Part shown: in pieces, positions 27,001 through 39,900 of the stretch
Numbering within the stretch: position 1 is the first letter of the stretch
How the letters are laid out: each line of letters starts with the position of its first letter
From: Tubiluchus corallicola
Taxonomy: Eukaryota > Animalia > Priapulida
Length of the DNA: 64,000 bases
NCBI GenBank assembly: GCA_030141605.1
Contig: JAQGDQ010000116.1
Span: 186,001 to 250,000 of the forward strand
Direction of reading: 5' to 3'
Made by a program: the position numbers and the translations under genes
Notes under the pieces: generated by a model
Database searches by the model: none
The model's input: only the letters and a program-made list of their open reading frames with translations
Told to the model about the DNA's origin: nothing

Positions 27001-30000
27001 TACCAAAAGGCTTTATGTTACAAAATGTGTTGCACCTCGATTAGCTGTGAAACTGTCAAAATTTGTGTTATTATGTGAGACCAGTGAAAAAAGTTGTGTA
27101 CAAGACAACATAGAGTGGTATAAAGTGATTTAAAAATAGAGCTTGGCGTGTTGGACTGTTTACGAATTAATGATGGCTGCAATAATTTATAATTACTCAA
27201 TAAACTTAAATCACATTCATGTCCATCTTATACATTTTTGTTTATCTTAAGCTAGGTTAACTGGTTTTATCTGGTATCTCGTAACGAGTTATACAGAGTG
27301 CTCAAACTAATTAATAAGTAATTAAATCAATCAAAGTAAAAGTAGCTTTTAATACGTACGCCATTCACAGACACACCTTTTCCATCTTTGCCTGAAAAGT
27401 GAAAATCACTTTTGATGATCTCATCAAGAAAAAGTAATACAATAATATTAACTCCACTTTACAAAGCTTCCAATTTAATAAAATAAATTAATGTACAGTC
27501 AATCTACAAAAAGCAATCAAATAAAAATGCAACATGGCATAAGAAAAACAGAAAGACATAATGCATGCTAAATGAAAATAGATTTTACATTCTAATAACA
27601 CTTATGGTGCTTGCCTATAAAGTTGAATGATGATTATTAACAAAACTCAAACATCTCTTGAGACTAATAAAAAAACAATGTGAAAAAATGAATAAGGTAC
27701 CTGGTTCTACATAATAAAAGGATGTGGAAGTCGGTTGATCAGACGAACACGCAAAAAACATTCGAAGGGATTGCCTTAAACTTTTGTTTTTTGGCTTCGC
27801 CAGCACTGGCTTAGTAGGAGGAAATGAAAAGGAGCTTTCAGTAGGTATGACATCACTATCAGTCCTTACACGGTGAATTACCTTCCGAGTTTGAGTTGAA
27901 TCAGAAAGCAGAGATTTTTGATGAACTGGTACATCAGTTAAAACTGGGGAAGATGGTTCAGATAAACAACGCTTTTTAGAATTTTGGCCAACACCAGGAG
28001 GAAAGGTACCAATTTGTTTCATGGAATCAGACATTGGTTTTTTAGGTTTTTCTTTGTGTCTAGATGCTAATGACATAGATAGGACAGGTAAAGTATCACA
28101 TTGAGGCGTGGTTGAAAGGCTGCCAAAGACAGGTTTTTCAGTGGGAAAAAAATTGCCAGGCTTTCTGCAAAAATCTAAAAAAGTAAATCATTTAGAAAAG
28201 CTATTGGGTAACACAAAGTAAACATAGCTTTGAAATCCTTATTCTCGTCCTCCTAATCGTTATCGTCATTATCACCATCATTAAAATCATCATCATCATC
28301 ATCATGATCATCATTACGATCATCATCATCATCATCATCTTCATCACCACCACTAATTTCCTAAAAAAGTAAACACACAGAAAACACAGTGTTGCATATA
28401 AATTTCCCAAACAAAATTATCCACACATGCACGCCGACATTAACAACAAAATTTCTATACAGGGTAGTCATAATTTTATTGATAAATTGATCAATAAAGA
28501 CAATACTGAAGCCAGACAAATTAATGCCTGTGCAATATAATGATAATATCAAATTTTGGAAGATACTTATTGATGACTGCTCAATAATGTTGATTTGTAT
28601 TTGACACTATGTCAATATATTGCACAGTATTCCATTATCCCATTTATACAGGTTGTTGGTACATGAGATAAATTTTGTTTTAGAAACCACCTAAATACGT
28701 AGAGAAACTTGCCTGGACTTGGAAAATGAAAAGTGATAGTCTACAAAGGCCTGTTGAACAAAAAATAGAAACAGTAAGAGAATGCAACAAAGGAAAATCA
28801 TAAAAAGCTAAATTCTTTGAGGACCAATTTTCAAAATGAACTAAAAAAATTAAGGACTTTTCGAAGTCTAGTCCAGTGCAGGAACTGAAGAAGCATGCAC
28901 AAACCAAATTCGCAGTACTTTGAACTCTTGCAAATTTTTGATTCTCTTGGAACATTAGTTTTTTTATCGTTTGCATCTGTTTAACCTTTTGTGGCTCTAA
29001 TGCCATAGCAAACGCTAAGGTAGTAATTCCATTCTATGAACTCCTTAAATTTTTCATTCCCTCTGATCATTAGATTTTTTATAGTTTACATGAGTTTAAG
29101 CTTTTTTGGTTCTAGTGCTACAGCAAATGCCAAGGCAGTAGTTCCGTTCAATGTGAAAACTTATGAAAGTCACAACTATTAATCATTGCATTGATCAATA
29201 TTATTGTGTTATGTGTAGCAAAAATGAAATTTCGTCAGTGAGACTGAAATGAAAAAATTGACAATTTCACTGTGTACGCTGCTTAAACTTGTAGATCACA
29301 ATGTAGCAAATAATGGGAAAGAAGGACATAGAAAGGAAAGCAATAAACTGTGTGCAAAAAACTTTCCCCTAACAATGTGAGCGAGCATAGATTTATGCAA
29401 GGAGAAAGTAATACATATGTACTGGAGCAGCTATCACACATGCATATGGTTGTATGCATTATGTGTTAAGTTAAAATCAAAACAAGAAAATAAACTTACC
29501 AATGTCTAAACTGGCACGATGCCTTTCAGAATGTCTGCAAAAAATAGTATTTGTCACAGTGTTACTACTAAGAATCTAAAGTTTTGCACAACATATTATT
29601 AATGAAAAACTGCCCACATACAAACTGAAAATAAGTAGAATTTAACCTGAAACTTACATTTGATTAGGGCGTATAGTGGCAAAATGAGGCACATCTTCTG
29701 GCCACCGATCAACCTGTAAAAAAATAAAAGTAAGAATGAAGATATTTGCAAACTAATTAAGCTACGCAGTTTGATCAATATGTATATTCGAAATTTCATA
29801 AATACACACAAAACAAAAAAATCACTCTAATTCAACGAGAACTGACATAACACCAATCCTGGTTCGGCCATATGCAATCCAATACAACCCAGTTCAGCGT
29901 AACACACTACAAACCATGCAAAAAGTTTGGCTCATTCGTAATATAATGGGCCTAATATATACAGGCATGCAGCTATAACAAAACAAATGACGTCAATGAT

Positions 30001-33000
30001 GATGACAAGACGATGAAAAAAAGTTAGCATATGGTTTCTCTTGTGTTCGTTCTGCTTGCGGATAAAAATCCGTGTAGAACAATCAGGTAAGTAAGTGAAG
30101 CGAAAATTGCAGTATTTACACGTTTATTCATCTAAAAAGTAAATTCGACTTACTATCAATTGCTGATTAACTCTACCATCTGCATCAAGCTAACTCCGTA
30201 GAGGCAATGTATACAGCAAGCCACAGGTAAATTGCTTAATATATTTAATACTTGTCAATAAAACGCGCAGGCTATACCTGTATGTGCGGTACACTATAAC
30301 GCAATCAATATAGCAACATTCTTCTATTGAAATGTCGCTCGGTACGAGTTACCATTAATTCTAGGCATGGATCTTTTTGGCAAACAGTTTAAGTAAACTG
30401 TTAAAATGCGCGAGATACAAGGCACCTTGTTTTAAGTCCGATGTCACCAAATGTTAATTATTATCACTGGAATGTTAGCATATTTAAGGTCGATGCACCT
30501 TGTCTGTGACACAGAAAGTATATGCAATATTAGCTACCACCTGCATGTATTCATAAATAAATTATCTCCATCCTGGCTATTACTGTCTGGATCATATTTT
30601 GAATCCTATATTTTTATACACTTATTTTTAATCAAATAAATAAAAAATAGAATAAACCAAGACATCGTGTAATATTTTAGGCTAGTATGCAAAGTCATTG
30701 TCATTGCAAAGTCATGCAAAGTCACGATATGACTTAATTAGCGACAGAAATTAGGCAAAGCCAAGTACCTTTTTACCATTTAAATGGAAACATTGGAAGC
30801 AGTTCACCAATGCTTGTTAAAGACCAGAAACACGTCACGAATGTTAATTTTGGAATACGATTGAACTCCAAGTGTGACGCAACGGTAGCCGTGACATCTA
30901 CTAAAGGTAGATTCAATACGCCGAGAAGTTTGCGTTAATGAAAGTGGCGATATAAAAACAATTAAGTATTCTTTTAACGTTACGGTTCATGCCAAGTTTC
31001 CGAATGTCTGGATATCAGTCTAACGTCACACGGCGATCTTTCACGCTTAACTGCGCGTGCTGACGTAAACCATTATGCTCGATCAAAAACAAAAGCCAGG
31101 TTAATGACATTGTCAACGAATTTTCCACTTTACTAAGAAGCGTCATAATATAATAATGTCATACCTATGTCAGCTCTCCTTAGGCGGCGATTTCATTTTT
31201 TGTGTTCTATTATACTTTACCTGCCCTTTAGGCTTTAGTAACATTCGGTTGACTTAACTTTGGTAACTCATCTATAAAACTTACAGCACCTGTTGGTTAC
31301 TGTTATTATTATTAGTAATGGTACATGTTAATACATCTTAATAATATTACTATTTGCACGATAAATGGCCCTTCGAAAGAAAACTCTTGCCTGCTACCAA
31401 ATATCCGAGTAATGATGTAACGACGGAGTTCTCAGTAACAGCACATAAGTATGACTCAACATTAAAATATTAGAATCATTATTTTTTTCAATTCACTTCA
31501 ATTTAGAGACAAGAGCAAATGAGAAAAGTCACAAGGCAGTGGTCACCCACCCAAAGCCACGTATTTACCAATTAATACCATTTACCAATCAGAAGGAGAT
31601 AAATGTAATAATGATAGTATAGAATGTATAGAATGACGTCAATCGCCTGTTCTTTCACCAGGTAAATAACTGCTTGAGGCGGCAATTAGAACGCTACGCA
31701 CAAACATAATCACATTTCATGAACGGCTTCATTATATACGAGCATTGCTAGAAAATCGAATAGAAAGTTGCAGGCCACTGCCCTTCGGAAAGTATACAAA
31801 TGACGGAACAAACAGTAAACATCGAACGAATTTTAACTAAAAAGGAAGAAAATAACAACAATATTCAACTTCACATCGTACTTCAAACCGCCCATGTAAT
31901 CTACACAAGGAAGCATCAATTTAGTTCTTAACCTCTGCCTCTGCCTAGAACATTAGAAATAATAATTATTATTTATGAAATTCCAGTAAAAATACAGCCA
32001 GAGAAAATAATTTTGATTGTAACATCTACAAATTACTCTAGTAGGTAATGCAAATTTCCAAAAAAACTGAACGAAAACATATTGTTTCCACGTTAAAACA
32101 ACAATTCTACACGGTACACATGTATGTCAAGTTTTAGAGTTGAGATCAGGCTTGGGCACTTCAGGTAGCGAAGCTCCATCGGCAGCTTCCCGCGTCGCGA
32201 AAAAGATGTCAGTCTTCAAATTGAAGCAGGCAAAGAAACCGCCTACTAAATACACATCAGTCTTCCCATCCACTGAGTAATACCAGCCTTCCCACATATG
32301 ACAGCCGACAGTTTTTCTCTCTGATTTAACAAGTGATATAAAACTCACACATATTGTCGACGGTGACATCTAATTTAAAACTGTGCGCTCCCTTTTTTAC
32401 AAAAAGTTACCGAGCACGTTGCTTCCCACAATGTTAACTAACAGAAAATTAGTTGAGTTTTTGTAAATGGCAACTACAGAAGATAGGTGTATGTCTATTA
32501 ACACAGACAGAATACTGCATGGCAGATGCGCCTAAATTTAAAAAAGTCCAATGTAGCCAAATTAAAACCACTCTCAAGTTTTGAATGTTTTCTTCATCAG
32601 CTACTATTACTGTCATAAATAATTATACTGAGTGATTGTGATATTCTAATTATGGATAGTTTCTATGTATTATTCATTTTGTAAATTTGTAATATTGTCC
32701 TAAATGTTGTGCATGTTTGTATCTAATTATTGTGCTTAATTCGACTGCACTTGTAAACAGAGGAAACAAAAGAATAACAATAATAATCTGATGTTAATCT
32801 TTGGCCCTTATGACTTCAGAAGCAAATTCTTTGACCTCGGGAGCATGACAGAGAGTTATAGCGTACCTAATCTATGAAATTAGGTTTCACAACACTTATT
32901 CACGTTCGAGATATATATTGCACAAGAACAGAGAAACATAAAATCTAGGAATGCAGGTATTCGTCCTATCAATCAGAAATAGTCCATCGGCATGGGTAAC

Positions 33001-36000
33001 ACTAACAGCCAACATCAAGGTTATTACACTACATTACAAAAAAATACACAGATTAAATCCCTCATTGCTAAAATAAAATTCCCGAGTTATAGAAATGGTG
33101 CTATTGATAACAGTTCCAATAATAACAGTCCACAAAGCCCATCATGGAGAAAATCATAATCGATCGAATCTCAGCAAACCATATTAAAATTTATCATAAT
33201 TCATAAAAAAGACATCCTTGACGACGCGACAATAGAGAAAACCTTACAATAGACGACAAGCTTAGTAGTCTTTTGACCTAACTTGGGATTACACATCATG
33301 ATCGTCTGAAATGAAACCATTTCAGAAAAAAAATGAATGCTGCGAAACAGATACACATACCTCATCACGCCGAGTTTTGCTAGGAGGTACTGTGACAACA
33401 GCAATGGTTGATGATTGTGGGTCAATTAGGGGATGTACAATGTTTGAACTCCGAGGCATAGCACCGTACGAGTTGTCACCCAAACGACATGCGAAAAATT
33501 TACCACAGCTCATATTTCTGGCAGCACAGACTTCCATCAATTATGAAAACGTAAATTAAATGTTCAGACCGTTTTAATCAGTACTCATTCAATTGTAAGA
33601 GTCACTAATAGACATGAATCAATGAATATACATGCGCCAGGTGGCGTTACATGTTCTAAGTACTGATTTTCAACCAAATCAAATCACATTTTCATTAACA
33701 GTAATCATTACAATAATAACCGAACGCGTGTATAGAATAACATTTTTAAAGTCATGTTTCCTTTACTAGCACAAGTTAATTCGGCTCAATTCCGTTAATT
33801 TCTTAGCACAAGTACATTCGACGAAAATATGCATAGGAACTATGAGGAACGACCGACCTGTTGTATACACATTATGCAGCGCATCAGACAAAATGTATTG
33901 ATTTCACTGACAGAATCGTCATAGTGATGCTATCATTGCACAGGTAAGCGACGTGGGTAAGAAGAGTTTCCAACACAGCAGCACAGTTTTATTTACAATA
34001 AATGCTTCTTAACAAAAAATTATAATTCAACAGAGCTTAATTTACTGCTTAAATAAATCACTTTTAGGAGAAGTAGATGTATGATAAACTATATGAATAT
34101 AACGTGTTCTACAAAATATATCATACGCTAATATAGTATAGTAATTATTGGTACACTGCACGTACTTTATTATTTACACTGGTCAAATAGACGAAATCAT
34201 GTGGTCAATAACTTCTTCTTTTCCCCTGTTTTTTTTCAAATTATTTTCTTTTCTAGGCAAAGTATTCCGATATTCTTGATAATTAAATATTTTCCAAGAA
34301 AATTAATTGTTTCTCTTTGAACACAGTCGTTGGGGGTGTAGTAAGCGAGCTGTCATGGTACTATCAAAACAAGCAAAGAGTAAAATTTTAACTTCTTACA
34401 GGAGTCTTTTTAAGACGAGACGAAATAATGTAAATGTTGCAAAGCAACAAATAACTGAAGATCTGAATAAGCATCGACAAGTAACAGATGTCACGTCATT
34501 TGACACTGTCTGCAGTTGCACCATTCTGGATTTTGGATATTGTATTTTAAAAGCACATTTTATTAGCTTCTGTTGGTTTAATATTGATTCTAGTTCTGTA
34601 GATGGCCGCACCGACGACGTAAACGGGCTAGTGAATGTGCATTATGTATGATGGGTAACATCTATTGAGAAGACAGAAAGCAGAAGTTTGAGTTCATTCA
34701 GAAAATAAGTTATTTCAGCGTTTTATAAAAGCTTATACATATAGTGACAAATATAACAATAATAATAGAGGTAAAATGTGTCAAAACAAACACAAAAATA
34801 ATGGAAATGGTCAGGAAGACAATTTTTTCATTGTTTACACTGCCCGGTTTCAATCATCATGTTTGCCTGATTTGTCGAAATTGATTCAATTTTGCAAGCA
34901 CAGAAAAAACTTCCCGAGGCATCGCTCCCACTTTTAATCTCTGTCGACAGGGTGAGCCACTTTCTTTCAGCAGGCAAACCGTATTAAGATTAGTTTATAC
35001 TTATTGATAAAACACAGCAGTATTTAAGGAAGTTCTGGTTCACTGACCATTAGTACGACATGTCAGTGAATACAACAAAAACTAAAAGTAAAAATGTTAG
35101 CGATCTTAATTTTATACCTACCCAATTAATAGCCCATAAAGGAGAAAACTGCTGTGACAACATTTATCCATTATGAGCCGGTGTAGTAAGCACTGCGTTT
35201 CTTAGAGACCAAACTGTTGTCTAGGAATGCTCAAATACTCATGAAAAATTAATTCACTAAGCAGGCGTTTTTACGCATATTATCCCTAACATTGTATCGA
35301 TCCAATATGGTAACCCTAAGCACTCCACCTAAAGCCCATTGAATGCCTGTTTAGCTTTGTACTACGGTAACAGCTTTTCACCGTAACAGTAACAGTAAAT
35401 TGACAATAGACTTGACTTCACATGACACAAACATTTGCCAATACACAGAGTAATAATGTTATTTTGTTATTGTGTTATAAAAAATCACAGAAAACAGTAT
35501 GATACTAGTAGTTATCTCATAAGAGAAAAATTATAATGTACCTTAATAGAAACGTAGCATGAGATAGTACAGTAGTAGTAGTAGTAACAACCACAACAGT
35601 TACAACAACTTGAAATCATTCATTAATTGTGAAGACGATGCTACATGAAGATCAAATACTTTGCATGATGATTAAATAAAACTTGCGTAATTTTTATTTA
35701 TTTATATTTTATTCATAAATCATCAGCGTTCCAATCAAAGTTAAGTAAACAGTAGTTAGAGGCAATGTATGTAATCAAGGCTACAGGATCATCGCCAGGA
35801 TGTTTACAAATTATTTAATAATTTATTTGGTTACTAGGTGCAGTGCAACTAATGAAGTCTGAAGAGTACATTTACCCTTAAAGCTTTCCAATTAGTGAAC
35901 AAAACGCAGTAGTTCGACAGTTGGAAGATAAAAAACGCATAAGGGTACAATTAGGGAAACCAACTGCAACACAGACTGCATATTGTGAGATTGAAGGAGA

Positions 36001-36876
36001 GAACGTCTGAAGTGGACACTGCACTCTAGACAACCCATTTTGTTAGCTCAGTACATAAATAAGTAAACAAAAGTTAGCCTCAAACAAAAGATCCATAAAG
36101 TATATTTTTACAGCATAAATAAGTGAAAAGTTCGTTTTGATGAGAATTGAGATGGCTGATTAGCTTAAACTGCTCTGCTTGTATCGCTGAACATTGTTTT
36201 CAGTAAGGTGTTCCTTATTTTGTATTTTTTCAACATTGGGCTATCCTGGAATGTGGTTCTTTTTCATGAAAAAGTAATTATTTTAAAATTTAGAGCAAAA
36301 TCTTCCTCATTTAGAGGTTACTTACTGATACAAAAGATGTGACTATGATGTTACATAGTAAGCATATAGCAGTATTCTCTTAAATTATTAAATGCCATAT
36401 TTTATTATGATTATTATGTGTGTTTTCATTATGATTAAGACTACGGAGAAATTTTATATTTTTCTTTTTTTAAAAAAATTACAAAAATCTTTTTTTAATT
36501 TATTTCTGTCCATTCCAGAACTATAATATACTGTTGTACGATAAGGTGTAACATACATAATAATGAAAAACCTAGTGAATGACCTGTTTTATTTAAAATA
36601 CAAACTTTTGGTGTTAGTGTTAGTATTAACTAATTAGTGTTTTTGCACAATGTATTATTTTTACAACCTGGAATATTCTTTCTAGTTTATTTTGCCAGTT
36701 ACAGCAGATACTGCTTAAACTCCTCTTAGCATGCCATATTATGAGCTGCTTGTACGCTGTACGAGAATTATGTCTTGCTTCACAATCACTTTTTATCACA
36801 ATTAGTTTGCCAGCAGTAATCAAGCTTTTGAAATGTAGTTTTCTTCACTACTCTATTCAAACGGCATGTTAAAGGA

Positions 36877-36908
<32 letters not shown>

Positions 36909-39900
36909 ATTAAAACTTGGCAAATTTTAAGTTTAGTGCTCAAGCGCTTTCGAACGTATGCACTACGTCACAACTGAACAGGTTTGAATGAGAGGTACAG
37001 CAGAACAGCTTACTTGTTGCTGTATGCAAACTCATTAGACTCTTTTAAATGACATCTTAAAATACATTTGTCTAGATTGTACTTTTTATGGTGAATTAAT
37101 TTTTTTAATGTATTTTAAATTTTATAGTGTGAATTTTAAATGTATTTTATTGTTCAGCATGCTGAGATTTTAAATAATGCAGTGTACTATACAAATAAAT
37201 TTTACATTAAACTCAAGTGAGTCCCTTGCATGCATAAGAACAAGAAACAACTTTTACTATTCATAGACCTGCATTTTACAAAGTACGCACACTATGAAAA
37301 CAAAAGAGAGTAAACAGTTGATAGGAGCACTTGTGTTATGCAGAAATAGCAATAAAACGGCACACTTTGCAATACACATGACCAGTGAACCTATATGGGC
37401 ACTAATTTATGTCACATTAATAGTTTAACAGAAAGCGCTGCTCTGGTCAGGCGTTTTAGCTTTCACCTATTTGTAGTAGTTATGAAAAATCACAAGATAT
37501 ATACTATACAGGTACACTAGCTGGCTTTCTAAATGCAGAAGTTTTGCGACAACATGCAGGAGGATATTGATAATTATTATGCTGCTCTAGGGAGTTCTAG
37601 ATACAAGAAAAGCATTTTAGGTTAGCTATCAATATACCAGCTCAGGTATTCATTAATAATCAGACTTACCACGTAATGTTTCTTAGTCATTCATAATTAG
37701 TGAACAGTGTAGCACCCTTAATTCTATGACGCACCACATAAATGAATTCAACGAAAGTACATGAAAGGTCTACTGTAAAAGCCAAAGTTTTCAGAATTTT
37801 AGTTCACTATTACATGTTGTGAATATGGAGAATGACTGAACTGTCAAGGTGTGTACTTAGTTCCAAAAAAATTGCAATGATCAATGCTGGGTTTGGGATT
37901 GGTGACTGTGAGAAATGTTTCTGGGTGGATCCATACCCCATACTGCTTTTGGCTACTTCTCTTATCAAGAGGATGCATGTTTTTCTGAATGTGGCTAAGA
38001 TACATAGATGCCAGTTCAGTATCTCATCTTAAAAAATTATATTTGATAATGAGCAGGATTCCAGACCGGCCACATTCGTTTTCATAACCCTGGCATCAAC
38101 ACCTGGATCCCAAGTTGCAACCCGCTGAACTCTGTTTAAAAAATGTAATTTATGCACATCTGTAATTTACTGAGCAGAAAAATAAATATCAGACTGTTTA
38201 ACCTCAACCGATTGTCAAGCTCAAAATGAGTTTGTCCAAAGTAAGTTCTAGAAAACAATACATTTGGCATTTTTTCTGCTACAATAATGCCACAAAAACC
38301 ATATCTGCACAGCTGTAGCATATTGTTGCGGGTGCGCATAATAGATAGTTGCACAATCTATTGGGTTTGCAGCCTAATGTTACTTTGAAAGAAATGCACA
38401 TGCCATAGTACAAAAAATAGTTTTGTAATCTGCTGTGAACTGGCTTGGCATTAACTGTAGCTTAATCGATAGCCCAAATCAAAAGCCTGCATCCAAAATA
38501 CAGATTATTTTTATCTAGCAACAATTGGAAAGCTGGCAGAAAAATTCAATGCTACCATCAAAGAAGAAAATGACATTTTTTAATGAAATAAATCACATGC
38601 TTTAAGAGACTTAAAAGCTTTTTGCAACTTACATGTGTGTAAGCAGATGTTCCTGGGAAACTTGCATCAAGTGCATCATCCCATGGTAACTGTCTTCCTC
38701 GCCTCCCTGAACTATGGTACCGTATTGGAGTTCCCACGGGACTGTCCTTGGGTGAAATGCCATACAACTTAAGACTGGAAACAGAAGATGTGTCACTGGT
38801 TGCATCTGAGGCAGCACCGACATCCTGTTTAACTGGGCGTGCAGATCCACCACCAGCTCCAGCAAGAATCCAATCTACATCAGCACCATGAGACAAAGCT
38901 TTGTCCCTCATTGAAGCTGAGCAAGCAGTTGTAACAACAGCATATTCTACAACACCATCAGTCGATAGTCGTGGTAGAACTCGCCTTGCCACACGTGCTA
39001 GTACAGCAGCAAGAGCTCCATCACCATCTTTGCTAGCTTCAACACCTTCCACAGCCTGTATAAGTGTCTGCATTTTAGCACTGCCTAGCGCTTGTGCAAT
39101 CACTGCCAGACATTCTAGAGATGCATGTCTCACTTTTCTTTTACCATCAATTACAGTAGGTGCAATAGTTCTACACAACCAATTCAGGTCAAACTCATAA
39201 CTTGGAAAGGTAAGCAGAGCAGCAATAACAATATTCAGTGTTTCCTGCCTGACATTGGAGTTTTTAATTTTCAGATTATGATCACACACAACAGTAAGAA
39301 CAGGTTTAGGTGAAAGTGTTTGCATAAGCTGCATAATAACTCTCATATTTTCCTGCTTTACCATGGATTTGTTATCACCAATATTCTTAGACAATGCAGC
39401 TATTACCGGCTTCAGCACGGGTTTCACAGCAGTTTTTAGTTTTGAAACAAGCAACTCAAATATTTCTAAAGTAGTTGACCGTACTTTGAAGTTGACATCA
39501 TCTAGTAGTTCTGACAAAAAACTGATGAAACTATTTAAATTATTGCTAACAAGTGGATTTATGTTATCTAAGTGTTTTAGCAACACCTTTAGTTCCTCTA
39601 CTCCTTGCACTCTCGCCTTCCAGTCAGTGTTATCACTTAATGCAGTAACAACTTCCGCTGGAACAAATCCAAAAAGCAGATTGTTTAATTGGCTTACACT
39701 GTTGCTGCGCAGGCGTAATTTGTTGATTTCCGGGTCAACATCTAAGCCACTGCTTCCAGTAAACACATCGACATCGCGATTGGTTATTCTGCAATAATAC
39801 CTTAATAAATTGTCAGGCAATCTTTTCAGCAGACCCAAAAACTTCTTTTCCCCCACCAGTTCATTAAGTTTCTCTAACGAAACTAAAATTGGCTGTTGAG

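Noticed and set aside
28250-28360. Poly-Asp 'exon' after a TTTTTAG acceptor
   Set aside because: Incoming phase 1 gives an immediate stop and the Asp frame also ends in TAG; explained by the (CAT)n repeat.
37800-38130. Coding-looking sequence just inside TOGARAM1 intron 1
   Set aside because: All three minus-strand frames are interrupted by stops, no family recognised, and exon 1 joins 29713 in frame without it.
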